Part shown: one piece after another, positions 39,604-53,170 of the stretch
Numbering within the stretch: position 1 is the stretch's first letter
How the letters are laid out: each line of letters opens with the position of its first letter
Source: Methanomassiliicoccaceae archaeon
Lineage (GTDB): Archaea > Thermoplasmatota > Thermoplasmata > Methanomassiliicoccales > Methanomassiliicoccaceae
Length of the DNA: 64,000 nucleotides
NCBI GenBank assembly: GCA_963728405.1
Contig: CAVSJV010000003.1
Location: 96,001-160,000, forward strand
Reading direction: 5' to 3'
The notes under the pieces: generated by a model
Databases searched by the model: none
Told to the model about the DNA's origin: nothing
The model's input: only the letters and a program-made list of their open reading frames with translations
Program-made: the position numbers and the translations under genes

Positions 39604-42600
39604 TTACCCCCTGGGCGGTTTACATCGGAAGGAGCCTCTTTTAAGCTTATACTTTTTTTCCTCTCGCTCAAATACTAATGAAATGATGATTATTGCGGCA
39701 ATGCCGAATATTACACCGAAGGCCAGGAGGCCTAGACCATTGAAATCCACCTTGGCTCGGTCCTCCAACACAAGGGTGGAGTTGCCCCCCTGGCTCGACA
39801 CTAACAGACCGGTAGTAGTAAAATAAATGGGGATCGTCGTCAGCTTTACTCCAGCCGTCTGTGTGTTCAGTGCCGTACCATAGTAGACCTCGGGGACCTC
39901 ACGCAAGGTCCAGCCCGAACCTGAGAATGAGAGCACATAAGTGTTAGCGTACCCGTTGGAACTTGCGCTCTCCTCGGTGTTCGATAGGCCCCCATCCACG
40001 ACCAGGGGGCCATCGGATAATATCAAGGTCACATTCTTATCGACCATCTTCTGAACGGTAAGGTTGTCGAACCAGGTGGTGGCGCGTCCCTCCCTCGTAT
40101 CATTGACCCATCCCGCATTCAGCACCACTCGGATATTCGTTGTATCCTGGGGAATCTGCACCAAGTTCGAGAATGAAGTCCAATTTTCGCTCCCATCCTT
40201 TCCGTGCATCAGCTCAGCTAGCCTGTAGACCTGCCCATTCTCTCTTATCCCGTCAATGGCCACATGCGATTGTTTCGTATTATTCCATTTCATCTGGATA
40301 CTAATTAGGCATTGTTCTCCCTTCGTTACTGCTATGGGGCCACCCACAACATTGCTCCAATAGCCCTCTTGGGACGTTGAGGTGGTAAGGTTTAATGAAT
40401 AATTACCATTCGTTTTTTCCGTGACATCCAGTCTCCCCCAAAAGTCCAGTGTGGGTGAACCGACGGAAGATACCCCAGGGCTGAAGAGCCATTGTAGATT
40501 TTCGAATTGTTCCTCGAATACTGTGGTCAATGAATCGTTGAATATCACTAATGCCTCGCCCTTGGTCAGTGTGACCCGCTCACCAGTCTTGTTGATTGAT
40601 AACGGAGTAGCCTGATCCAGAAGAATGGTCTGATCGCCATCACCCAATATTGAAACGTTATATTGACCATACTCCTTGAGCACACTAAATGAGGATCTAC
40701 TCGTATCGTCCCTCCCATCCCATTCAAAACGATTCGGATCGAGATTATACAACACCGTCCGATTCTCAAGGAAGTTACCACTATCTTGCTGGACTCTCTC
40801 CCATTTGTCAACTGGGATTGCCAGGATCAGGTTAACGGCGTTCGTTCCCTGGATGTTGGTCAGTTCAAATGTGGTTTTTCCATCTAAATCGATGGGGCCC
40901 AAGTTGGTCCAAAGGAACTCAGAGCTCTCGTTCGCCCACTTCGTCTGTAAATCGTATGACCGATCGTTGATGTCGATATGTATCTCCCCCCCTCAGGACT
41001 ATACATGGATCTGGCCAGAATCACGTATTCGTTCGGTTCGAAGGATTGAGAATATGTGATCATGTCCTTCGCCCCCATTGTGTATGCGTACCCATAATCT
41101 GGAAGATATGAGAACGACCACTCATAGTTCGGTACCTCCTGCAGTATCGGGGACCATCTGCCGCCAATCCTGTCTTGGATATAACCGGGTGACCAGTTGT
41201 CGCTGGGGCCCCATGCTTTTATGACCCAGGAGGCAGGGTTCAAGATAGTGCCCTGTGATTGAAGGATGGCCAGGGACGCTTCGAGGTCCTCCATCGTTTT
41301 GTGGGGGCCAACCAGCAGGGGCCAGTTGGGTAATTGATCTAGCGATTCCAATGAGAAATACGAATCCAATGTTACAGGGAGGAACGTGTTGTTGGTCTGC
41401 GAGCTCAAGTACGGATAGGTCCTCCTAAAGTCCTCAAGCCCACCAAGAATGAAAAGCCCAGATTGCCCCGATGATGGTTGATCGAGTAGCTGGAATGCCG
41501 TAATCTTTCCTTTTACTGCCACTTCAATAAATTGAGAAGAGTTGCTCAGCCCGTTCCTAATCTCCCGATACGAGGGCGTAGAGACCATCTCCTTTCCGAA
41601 CTCCATTGCATAATAAGAATCGATCGCGTACCCATCCACCACGACATATTTGATCCCCAATCCTTGTAGGATTTCCCATAGGAACGAGTAATCTCCTTCT
41701 TGGATCATTGGACTATAAAGAGCGTCCACGGTATAATGGACGATATATTGCACTGTACCCCCCTCAATATTCTGCAGAGTGTACATGTTTGGTAGCCCTT
41801 CATTCACGGGTTGGATGACGAGGATCTTATCCACTGTAGGATTCTTGTTGATCTCAGCTATCACATTAGACAGGTCTACTGATTCCTGGGTCATCTCGAA
41901 GGTTAAGCCCCCATAGAATTGAAGGCCATTCCCTCTCCCGACCTGAGGGACCGTCCAGACGAGAACACTTGATAGAACTAAGGCGAGCACAACCAGGATG
42001 CAGACCGCCTTTGGTTGAGATAGCGCCTTCAGATTCCACTTTCTTTCTCCGACCATTGTGATGAATCGACCTAAACATATGCTGATGAGCGGTATAAGAC
42101 TTAGGAGTATGACCAGATTGGCAAATCGGGTCTTACGGAACATCAACAACAGTGCTGATAATATTGGGGAATTCCGAACAGCATCTGAGGACACCAAAGA
42201 ATCGATAATGATTGGGATTTTTTGTCCGGGCATTATCGAGAACAAAGCGATCGAAAGCACCATGAAGACAATAATTGTGACCGCCCTCGCATGGTCGTTT
42301 CTCTCCTTTATGAATGATAGGGAATATATTATCAGGAATATTAGAAGACTAGCGGCCAGCAACTGTCATCAGCGGAAGCAGGTCGCCAAATTGCGTTGAA
42401 TAAATGAAATAATCGCGATAGGTCCCCTCGTAGCTCATCCCTGCTAAATAGTTTGCCGGATTGGCGTAGACGAAATTTGGTATGAAAGCATCTGGATTCA
42501 GAGTCGCAACCACTCCGGATGATGACCTTATTCCAGATTCGTTAGCCGATATGCCTGGAAGGCGATATATGGCTTCGACGCCCAATCCTAATAAGGCGAA

Positions 42601-43252
42601 GACTACGAAGGTCGCATTGACCTTTACGGCCCTCCCCCAGTTAGCTGTTTTTGCCAAGACCTCGGGGATGGTGATAATCATCAGGGAGATAGGTATAAGG
42701 AACAATGCAGAGCGAGGGTCGGCCATGGTCAAAACGGATAAGCTAAGGCCACTCAAGACCGCAAATCGAAGGGAGTTCCTTCGGAGGGCGAGGAGCAGGA
42801 GCAGAATGACCAGCGGCGAGAAGGCCCTCACTAGCACCAGGGTCGGGAAGTTGTCCCCGAACGCATTCCAGGGGAACATCATGTATGCGATGCTCGCGAG
42901 CAGGGGGACGAGGAGGTCGAACCGATATCGGTCCGGTCGTTTACCCGTGTAGTATTGTTTTGCGAGGACAGTAGGCAAAGAACCCCCCCAACACATGGTA
43001 GAAGACCATCAAGAGGCCTATTGCCAGCGGCGATGGTATCCGCAGCCAATCGATGGCCACTAGTGGAAAGTAGTGGAACCTCTCGATCTCGTTGAACGGT
43101 AGCGAATAGTAGGAGAAGTCGCCGATACCGATGTTGCCGACCAGCAGCCCCAGGATGTTTCTCCCTTCGACTAACCCTATGATTATCAGGACGATGATAA
43201 CCAATAGATACTCACGAGCTCGGGGTCTGCTTTCCAAATACTTAATCCGCAT
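39604..43252 (-). CDS. very large GT-C-like membrane protein with extracellular CBM-like domain (split into 4 ORFs)
   Basis: N-terminal multi-TM region (GIGDF, AYMMFPW, MFRKTRF), GIKYVVVD, C-terminal CBM-like beta domain (GSENWTSF...VVLNAGW...WFDNL) and terminal TM. Confidence 0.65.
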
Positions 43253-44451
43253 TTCGGTTCTCCGGATCCATCCTCATCCGACGTCCTTCATTAGCTCCGT
43301 CCCACTCCTGAATAATCCGCACATATTTGGAATATGGGGCAGGGTTGCTTCTTACGGTCTCGCGGGCCTGGACGGACAAAACACCTGCGTCTATGGAGAT
43401 CAGCTGTTTCACCGCCTTGACATAATCGGCGATCTCTCCGCTCGATATGATCTCTACGGCTGGTGAGGCCGGCTGTTCCACCTTAGACTCCTTTGAGGCC
43501 ACCACCGGGGTGCCTGATGCTAGGGCCTCCAAGATGGCGATGGGGTGCCCTTCGTATCTGGAGGGATGGAGTAGGAGCGAGGCGGCGTTGTATAGATACG
43601 GCAGGTCCTCCTCCTTTACCCTCCCTAGCGCCTTGACCGAACCGACCTGGGCATAGTTGGGCAACTGCTCAGTGGTCAGACCCGCGACCAGAAGGGTTGC
43701 GGGTACTCCCCCCTTCCTAAGTTCTTCGCAAACCGCTACTGCAGTCTGCAAGCCCTTTCGAACATGTTCTTTGCCGATGTACAGCAGATAAGGTGCATCC
43801 ATTTCCAAATGGAGCCTTTCTCTAGCGGTTACCTTGTTCCGGGGTGTGAACTTGACCGTATCCGCCTGGTTATGGATGACTGTGAATCCTTTTTCGATCC
43901 ACCCCATATAGGTCGATCAGCTCCTCGCCGACCCCCTTGGAGACCACGACCACCACGTCCGCAGTCAGGGCGGCGATACCTTCTGCCAGGCCAACGGTGG
44001 GCCGGTAAAGGCCCGCGAGCACCTTTCTCCAACCGCTTAGCTGTTCCTGGTAGCTTTTTATCATGTTCCACGAGACGCCATGGAACGTCTGGATGAACAA
44101 AGTGTTCTTTTTCCGGCGGAATAGGCGGTGCAAGAGCCCATAACCAAACCCCGCCTCGGCATGAGCGTTCACCACATGGAACCGTCCAGCGCATACGTCC
44201 ATCCCTGCCACTGCCCCGTAGACGATCGGGTTCACGAGCTTAGGCCGCATGCCTCGATATTCGACTGAGGTCCAGCCATTCTGGCACTTCTTCCCCCTAC
44301 CATAGTAAGTGGCCAGGATATCGAACTCATGATGGCTCTCCAGTTCCCGAAGGACCCCTAGGACCACCGACTCAACCCCGCCAGGGCTACAGGGGTCCTG
44401 TTTAGATATGACACAAATCCGTTTCTTGTCGGTAGCCATTCTTTTCATCAA
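43242..44451 (-). CDS. GT4 glycosyltransferase (frameshift near 43900)
   Basis: GGVESVV, QTFHG, RKGL, PSRYEGHPIAILEALASGTPVV. Confidence 0.85.
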
Positions 44452-44547
44452 CCATGGGTTCGCCGGTTAGGCCGTTTTTTAATACTTATGGGGGACCGAG
44501 GACAGTTTAGTGAGGAACATCTGAACAATAAATGTTTGCTGTCCTGA

Positions 44548-45550
44548 AACTGTGTTGAATAAGTGAGCGCAAAGGCGCGCGTCAGCGGTTTTATCAGCTC
44601 TGGGTTAGCAGAGCTGATTTGGCAAAAACATGACGCGCGATTCTTCATTGGACGAAGTGATAAAAAGAGATTGGGGACGAATAAACGAGCAATACGTTCG
44701 TCGCGGCGAGATCGCCGCCGACCTCTCCTGGCTCGGCTCGTGGAACGACGAGCTCGAGGCGATGAACGCGAACAAGAACGGTCGACCGTATCGTTTTCCT
44801 CGCTCGTTGGTCAAGTTCGTTCGTCTGCTTCGAGACGTGTGGCATCTCGGGCTCAGGCAAGCGGAAGGCTTGTTGAGAGCGTTATCGGACGCTCTCGAGT
44901 TCGAAGTGCCGGACTATACTACGCTCTGGCATAGGCTGGTCAAAGACGAGGCGGACGAGGTCGTGCCGCCTCGTCGCCAGGCGACGCTGGCGATCGACAG
45001 CACCGGCCTCGCTGTCACGCAGCGAGGCGAGTGGTTGAGGGACAAGTGGCACATCTGTCGTGGCTTCGTGAAAGCGCACGTCGCCGTGGACGTCGCTACA
45101 GCAACGGTCGCTGCCGTCATGGTCTCGGACGATCACGGATATGACGCTCACTTTCTCGTCCCCCTGGTTCGCCAGGCGCAGCGGCGCCTGGAGGTCGTCC
45201 GCGTGCTCGCGGACGCCGCGTACGATACGAGGGAGAACTTCGAGTTCTTGCGCAGCGAGGGCATCGAGGCGGGCATCAACATGAGGAAGAACGCCAATCA
45301 GAAATTGCGAGGTGACACGTACGCGAGACCGCTCGCGGTGCGCGAGCGACGACAGTCTCGGCAAGGAAAGCTGGATACAACGATACGAGTACAATATGCG
45401 CTGGAAGGTCGAGGTCATGTTCTCAGCGGTGAAGCGCGTACTGGGCAAGGCACTGCGCTCGCGGCGCAGCGACTTAATGCTGTGCTAGGCGCAGCGCAAG
45501 TTCATCGTCTACAACCGGTTGGCCATGGCGTAAGGCTATTCAACACAGTT
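44548..45550 (+). mobile_element. IS5-family insertion sequence (IS903-group-like)
   Basis: 14-bp perfect terminal IRs AACTGTGTTGAATA (44548-44561) and TATTCAACACAGTT (45537-45550); no flanking target duplication visible. Confidence 0.9.
44630..45533 (+). CDS. IS5-family DDE transposase (frameshift ~45355; in-frame TAG 45486-45488)
   Basis: PDYTTL, AIDSTG, KAHVAVD, ADAAYD; shifted frame YNMRWKVEVMFSAVKR...LMLC*AQRKFIVYNRLAMA-TAA. Confidence 0.88.
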
Positions 45551-45775
45551 AAACCGATAGAAAGATTTAAGGCACCCCTCCCATTTAACAGCATTCAGCA
45601 ATATTAGACAGAGCGACAGGTGGGATGAAATGGGGATCAATCCCTCGATTACAGTACCGTCAGAACTCAAAAGCAAGTAATGAATGTGCTTTCCCACTCA
45701 ACCCCCTATATATTTTAAGGGCAATATAGTTGCCAGTAGACTGTGTGAAAGTGGAAACCGTTTTTATGAGTAAAG

Positions 45776-46560
45776 GTGAACAGCATGGAGCTAAGCATAG
45801 TAATCCCAGCGTGCAATGAAGAGAAGCGTATTCGGGATACTCTGCTCACCTATGCGAAGTTCTTTAGAGAATCTGGCAGTCCCTATGAAATTATTGTAGA
45901 GATGGATGGTTGTGTGGACAGGACCGCCGAGGTGGTCAGGAAGGCCAGCTCGGTATATCCAGAAATTAGAGCGTTGGAATACTCAGAAAAGCTCGGCAAG
46001 GGCGGCGGGTTGATTAAAGGGATTACAGTGCGCCAAAGGTGAATATGTCGGGTTCGTGGATGCGGATGGCTCCACTGAACCATCTGAGCTGATGAAGCTC
46101 CTGGACAAGTGAAGTAGGGTGCGGACTGTGCGATAGGGTCACGCCACATGAAGGGCTCCATCGTCCTCAATCAATCCGGGCTCGGAAGGTCCTGAGCAAA
46201 TGCTTCAATCTTATGGTCAGGACATTTTCGCCATGCCATATCATGACACCCAGTGCGGTGCCAAGATGTATCGTTCATCTGCTTTGCCCAGGCTCCTTTC
46301 CGAGATCCATGTTAACGGCTTCATCTTCGACGTCGTCTTGTTTATCTAACAAAGAAGAACGGTTTTACGGTCGTGGAGGTCCCGATCAGATGGGAGGACA
46401 AGGCTGGCTCGAAAGTGAGCGTGCTCTTCACCACCTGGACATGTTGAACTCCATCATCAGGCTCCGGCTCCACTTCAGTCCTTTGCGCCGTTGGATTTCC
46501 CCACATCAAAGAAGCATACAGTGGCCAACGACACAGCCAGTCAACCCCGATGATGAGGGG
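45776..46560 (+). pseudogene. degraded dolichyl-phosphate glycosyltransferase-like GT2
   Basis: LSIVIPACNEEKRI, GKGG, FVDADGS, AIGSR, DTQCGAK, NGFIFDV spread over many frameshifts, plus TAG at 46115. Confidence 0.75.
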
Positions 46561-46799
46561 ACGGGAATTTTTCTATAACCCATTGAATTCTATCAATGAA
46601 GCGATCATTCGGGTCAATGCAATCTTGTGGGCCATTGCTGAGCCCCGCGGCCCAAATCTTACGACGTTGCTAATACCAGATGTACGATCTGGTTGAAGAC
46701 CTTATGGGAAGCCGCCCGAATATGAGAATTGGCCGCGGTCCTATCAGTCAATGCGTCGGATGAAGAACTCTAGGCCTGAGTGGCCCTATCGGCCAGAGC

Positions 46800-47796
46800 T
46801 TGCACGGAGAAGTTTGCCGCTTGGGCCGGACCCTGCTTCACCGTTTTTTAGGAGCATCGATGAGGGCCCTCAGCAGGTCTTCGGCCATCTCGTCCTCCCC
46901 ATGGGATCGAAGCGTGTACTGGGCCACTTCCTCTAGAACCATTGCCCCTTCAAGGGCCAGGACAGGGATACCATGTGCCTGGGCCTCCAGTAGATGGGAA
47001 GCTAAAACCCTCTTGCAGACTAGGGAAGGCATAAGTCGAACGAGTTGTAGGTATCTGCAAGCCTTCTTCAGGCACCAGTCCCTTGAACTCGACAGCCGGT
47101 CCAAATACCCAGTTCCTTGGCCAGGTGCTTTAAGCTGGCTTCGTCGGGGCCTTCCCCGCACAGCACCAGACGGGGGCCGTTGCCTGCTCTCCTCCCTTGC
47201 CTGGGCAAAGGCACTGAATGAGCATCTCAACGTTCTTGCGCTTCTTAAGCACCCCGATGTAGCCTACGACATTTCCTCTGGTAATGCTTCGGATATGGGC
47301 GGAAACCGGATGCAACGGCCTGAGGGACCACATGATAATCGGGAACGTCATAGGCTTCCCGACCTCCTTTCGTGTCTGTTCGGGTATGCAGATGAAGTGA
47401 TCGGCATATTCAGTGCTAACTTTATACCGATGTTATAGAACCGACAGAACAGGGCCTCCGAGGGAGAGCCCAGCGAGGGTTTGTCGACATGGTGGGAGGT
47501 GATCATCTTCTACCCATTAAGAAAGGGAATGGGAAGCGCCTGCGAGTCGGTGAGGGCATTATGGACGATAGGGGATCCATACGACCAATGGTCAGCTTCA
47601 GTGCGGGCAATGCAGGGTCATAACAGAGGGGGCTGACCAACGAGCCGGAAGGTAGACATTGAAGCGGGGACCGTTGGTTCGGTAGCCGGACGTCCACGCC
47701 TTTCGCCTGGAGCCCCGACGATGTGTTCGGGGCATACCTCTCGAAACCATTGGTCGGACTATTGTCCAGTTGTCTGGTGAGCAGGGTCACTTGCAT
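46800..47796 (-). pseudogene. degraded GT4 glycosyltransferase
   Basis: MQVTLLTRQL...GFERYA; GYIGVLKKRKNVEMLI; EAQAHGIPV, in fragments across frames. Confidence 0.65.
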
Positions 47797-47899
47797 ATGA
47801 AACCATCCATTGTCATGAGGGCGTGACTTAATCCTATTCGGTAAACTATTTCTTCGGGCGCCCATATCGTAGCTAATATCTGCCGGATGCGCGGCGAGA

Positions 47900-50800
47900 T
47901 CACAATGGCACGATAGCTGTGGCCACGACCAATGTGATAAGCAAAGATGATAATATTGAACCATAGACATCCTGCCCTTGGAACCAGTAGGTGATCGTGT
48001 GCTCGCCGGTTCTGGCACATAGAAGGCGTTGACCATCGAATCCGTCTGAACATGGTCCAGCTCCTTTCCGCCCATCGTGCCGACCACAGAGGATGGTAGC
48101 TATTCGATAGTTGTATCCAGGTCGGGCCGTCGGAAATAACATGGACACGGTATTCGACATTGCTCACCTTTTCATAGGTAACTTGGGCGGAGCTTGAGGG
48201 GGAAGCCGGGGAGGAAAGGGATAGGGTCAGGGCATACAGGCCAGGGCCGCCACTTTCGACCACATGGTGTCCCCTGGTTAAGTCACCGACCACATAAATA
48301 GCTCCATTGTCCGTCACGGTCTGAGGGGCGAAGCCGTCCCGTCGACCTTCAGACACATCTTCCATTCCCGCCCCTGCCACTCGTGACATGTATGCCCCAT
48401 TCAAGGGGACATTGATGCCAATCTAGTCCGATCGGGACCCTGGCTGCATTGTCAATTCGGTCGATGGCTAGTCCGGCCTCCCCCGGCGACAATCCTGAAC
48501 TGGACACGGTCCATGCCCTCGGGAAGGGTGAAGTTTAGGGCCTGTTCGACATATCCTTGGCCGGGGCCTGCCACAATGCTCTCGGTTCTTATCAGGGCCA
48601 TGGCGTCCCCATTCCCAGCCCATACCTCGACCTTCCCAGGGGTCATCGAAATGCCCGGATCATTGACCGAGATATGGCTGAATAAGAGGTGCCAGGTGTT
48701 AGTCCTCGGACCGCCTTCGTGCTCACATGCCCACCAGAACCGAATACTGGCATAGATTCCCGCCAAGGCACCCACGTCGGCCTTCACCACTGCGCCGGGG
48801 AGGTCCACTGCCGACAAGGTCAGAGTTGCCCCCTATGCCCCGGCCTTCGCCTCCCCATCCAAGTGGAGATATGTCCCCTGCATCCCATAGGGAGGAGAGT
48901 GTGCCTGACACAAGGAAGCAGACTTTGTCCTTATGCTCCTCGAGCATCGCGCCGATGCGGTCCTCCCTAGATTGCACCTCGGCCTGGGGAGCGATGATCA
49001 TCCGTCCGATACTGGTGCTGCCGTTGCCGTCATTGCTGATGACCACAGTGTGCTCCGACGCCCCCAAGGATATTTTCAATATTAAGCCAGCTCTGGCGTA
49101 GAGGAGGGCGAGTAGGGGTCGAACTTCGGCCACCATCTCGCCATCAATGCTAATAGTAAATCTGCCGGTGTCGGGACCATTGATCACTTGGAGCATCAGG
49201 CCGTATATTCCTCCCTCCAGCTCACGCGTTTCGAAGCTCAGGTCGTTCTTACCAGAGGTATCAGCGGTCAGGCCAGTGGCGACCCCATTGGAGTAGTTGG
49301 TGTCCAGATCTCACCCACGTCCCACTGGAATCGATGGTGTGGGTGTTCGCAAGATTACCGAGATCAATCGTCTGCCCGCCTTCCCATGCTATACCACTGG
49401 CCATGTCGAGGAGGTCAACATCGTAGACGATGATGAGCCCAGCTCGATCCATATATGCTTCCATCTCCGACCAGGTGGATATTTGACCTGAGAGAACCGT
49501 TCCCTCGTTAGTTAGGTTGACCAGGCCAAGACCCATCAGTGCTGGAAGAACAACCCGACCCCTCCCGAGATCAGGCACACATTGTCCAGAGCGTGCACCT
49601 GGGGCTCCCACATCTGGTTCTCGAATATCGCTGCGCCTCTATCGAAGACCTGCATCTTGACCAGGCCATCCAAGGAGGAGAAGAGGGCCACCTCCGAAGG
49701 TTCGGACTGGACCTGGGCTACGATATAGCGCACGTTCGCGGCCCCTCCCAGCATCTGAGGGATGTTCAAGTACCCGAAATCGCGGTCGCTTAAAGTATAG
49801 CCCAAGAAGGACCAGTAGTCTTGGGTTTCTACTCCATAAGCATATGGTTTATCGGATAATAGTGAACTGTACATGCCCACGTCCAAGAGTCATGGCCGAT
49901 GGGTATCCCTCGGCGGTGGTCTGATTGGCGGTGTAGTATATGCTCTGGAATGGTAGATTGAGCACCCTGAAGTCGCCTTCTTGCGTTCTGAGCCATAAGA
50001 TATGGTTCGGCATATGGGTAGGAAGATCGAAGGCTTGCGGAGCGTCGTCCAAGAAGATGGCCGAAGAAGGCAGAACCATGGCAAGAACGATTAGCGCGGC
50101 AATAATCCGCTCATTGGAGAGCGCTTTCACAAGTGGCTGCAATATCTTACCGCAACTTTCGGCAGGCCGGCACGCACTTCGTCCATATGGGCCATGACCA
50201 TGGCGATGAGGAGGGCGAAAGCAAAGCCAGTAAGCAGATCGAACCGGGAGTAGGCCCGGATGGAGTCCATCAGCGGCACATTGGCAAAGGCTAGGGTGAA
50301 TAACTCCCTGTTGGGGGGGTTCGGACCGGCGGCAACGACCACGAAGATCAGGGCGGGGATGAGCAGGGAGAGCACGAGGGGCCTTTGGCTCTTCAGTTTC
50401 AACGAGAAGAGCGCAAAGACGGGGATCAATACCGCCACGGCCAGCCCGACGGGCCATAAAAAGGCCGGGTAGGTCCACTGGCCCCCGCCCGTTCCGAAGA
50501 TGTAAGTATTCTCTGATGAAGCCAGCACCAGGGAGTGGTATAAGGAATAACTGCTGGCCTTCTCAGCTTCCTGGATCACGTAGTGAACGTCGAGGGTCGA
50601 CCCACCGACCCCGCCGAATTTTATAAGCACGAGAGGCAGGACCACGAGGAGCGTACAGATGACACCCGCACCAAGGATCTGTAGACGCCCCCTCAGGTTC
50701 CTGGGCCGGTGAAAATACGCATAGAACAGGGCGAACAGAACAAGGAAAACGCCAGTTATCAGGATAGTGTGAGGAGCGCCGATGGTCCCATATGCCAGGG

Positions 50801-51284
50801 CCACGGCCGGGAGTGCCACCACGCTCCATTTTCCTGTACCGTCCATCGTCCGATATAGGAGAAGGAACAGCAGGGGGAAGAGCGCATAGCCGAGGATAAA
50901 AAAATGATGTACCTCAGTGATCTGGGAGAGGAACACCTGGTTGAGGGAATAGACCAGGCCGGCCAGGAGCGAACCCATGAAGCTTCCGGTGATGCTCTTG
51001 GCACACAGATACATGAGTAAGCCGGCCATAAAGAAGGCAATGACAATCATCGCTTTCCACAATAGGGAAGGGCTTATGCCTAGGACCCCCATGCCCACAT
51101 AGTACAGGGTGCTCAACGTCGGAGAGGGATAGTTCGTGTGCCCAAGCGCTGTGATCTCCCTCCAGGCTGAAAAGTAGGAGGAATCGACCCTCATCATCTC
51201 CAGGTCAGCCAGGGGCCCCATGCCATCCGAGCCAGCCAGGTAGTTACCGTCGAGATAGCGCCAGAATATAGCCACGGTTAGCAT
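47900..51284 (-). CDS. second very large GT-C-like membrane protein (many frameshifts)
   Basis: TM-rich N-half (AGSD, AGLVYSLN, GYALFP, IRAYSRF), DFRVLNLP, NVRYIV, C-terminal YRVHV...LSNSYHPLW...DSMVNAFYV...ITYWFQ plus TM. Confidence 0.65.
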
Positions 51285-52000
51285 GGCAAAGAGGAGGGCT
51301 GCGATGAGGGTCTGTCTTCGATCTCAGTACCCCCAATGGCTCACCTCCCAAACCATGCTATCCGGGCGTAGGGACATATGATATAGAATCGTTGCCTCAG
51401 TATATACTTATTTAAAAAATGTAATATGTGCACCGTCCTAGGAAGATATCTCACCAACTGGCCCCCCTAATAAAAGCCTCGTGTTCTTGCCCGAGAGAAT
51501 AACCACGGATGTGGGAGGATGCGCTATTTTTTGTACGCCCAGATAGTGTCAGACACACCAACCCAGTTGGTGAAACTGGATTGCGAGTCGATGGGGTGAA
51601 GAATGCGAACCGACCGAACCCCTGAATCTGGACCCATTGTGGTCCATTAGATTACGGCCCTGAGGTTCGGCCCCTGTGTAACATTTCAAGAAGTGGATTC
51701 GCGCTCCAGCAAATCGGCATATCAATGAGAGGAGCTGTTAGATTCTAAAGTGGGTATTCTTCATAAGACAATGGGCCTACTCTATCCAGTCATTCAGCTC
51801 AGGCTGATGTTCAGCCCGTTCAGCTTCCTAGTAAAAAGGCCCAAGTACGACACCTATAAAATGGACCGCCCGTCCTTGAGATCGTTCTTCGAGGGCAAGA
51901 TTTTTGGAGTAGACCGTGCAATCAGTAGGGTGTTGGCGGTAAGCCTGGCAGATAAATAATAGACAGAAATTCATAAATACGCTCAAAAGGTTCACATGGA

Positions 52001-53132
52001 GTGCTCATGTCATTGGGAGAAGGGCCTGAACCCGCTTTTACCATTATTCTGCCGACCCTGAACGAGGGAGAGAACATAGAGGGCATGGTCGAGTCCCTCA
52101 CCTCCCTTTATCCCAAAGCCCACATCCTGGTGATGGATGATAACTCTAAGGATGGAACAGCCGAGAAGGCCCGGAGATATTGCAACCCACCCTATAATGT
52201 AGAGGCTGTGGTCAGGGATCCCCTGGACAAAGGCCTTACAGCCAGTGTCATCGATGGGATCATGTGCGCTAGAACGGAATACTTCATTGTCCTCGACGCC
52301 GACTTCCAGCATCCGCCAGAGGCCATTGCCGGAGTGATGGCCTCGTTGAAGGACGGTAATGATCTCACCATAGGCGTACGGGAAGACAAAATGAACCTGA
52401 TGTTCTTCCGTAAACTTGCGTCAGGGGGAGCTCACGGCCTGGCCAAGGCCTATTTGAACATCAAGCGTCAACCTACTTCGAAGGACACAATGAGTGGATT
52501 TTTCGGAGGCCGTACCGATGATCTTCCAGAAGGTCATTGCCAAGGACGGTGCGAAGTTCGAGCGGAAGGGTTTTAAGGTCCTGTTCGACCTCCTGAAGTT
52601 CGCGCCCCGGGACATCAAGGTCGGGGAAAGCCTGTTCACCTTCAACGCCCGGAGGGGAGGGGAGTCGAAGCTCAACTCTCGGATCATCCTATCCATTTTG
52701 AGACAGTGCGGCGTGGGCGGTAAGATCGCGGCCGCCACGGCGACATTCTTCCTTATGACCTCGATAGGCAGGTTCTCGGCCGCGGTCATTTTCGGTCTGC
52801 TTTCGACCTTCGCGTTCATATCCCTGGCGGGAGGGGATGCCTGGTCCAATCTTTTCAACGACTATACCTTTCTATCACTCATCCTTGCGCTGATGTACAT
52901 GGTGATGGCCAGCGAGATGATAATGAAATGGCGCGGGGAGAGCATAATCCGCGGCCTTTCCCTCATCACGGTGGCATTTAGCGCCTATCTCATCAATCTG
53001 GCCATATTCTACTGGTTAGCGGCGATCCTCCCGGAGATGCTGATGATAGCCAGCCTCCTGGGATTGACGATAGCCTTCAGCTTTGACACGGCCCTGGGTT
53101 TCAAGAACAATAGATATGCAGCGGCCCAATGA
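52001..53132 (+). CDS. polyprenol-phosphate mannosyltransferase-like GT2 with C-terminal TM domain (frameshift ~52515)
   Basis: IILPTLNEGENI, DDNSKDGT, DADFQHPPE, DTMSGFF, GFKVLFDLL, RRGGESKL. Confidence 0.85.
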
Positions 53133-53170
53133 CGGGGCCAGGGCGCCTACGGGCCGCGCCAAGAAGGACG

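Noticed and set aside
46157-46167. 11-nt match to the first TnpB guide (TCCATCGTCCT)
   Set aside because: Similar 10-mers occur elsewhere (near 15707 and 50842); background level.
51300-52000. 700-bp intergenic region as ncRNA or small gene
   Set aside because: No convincing structure, repeat or protein motif; probably divergent promoters plus decayed sequence.
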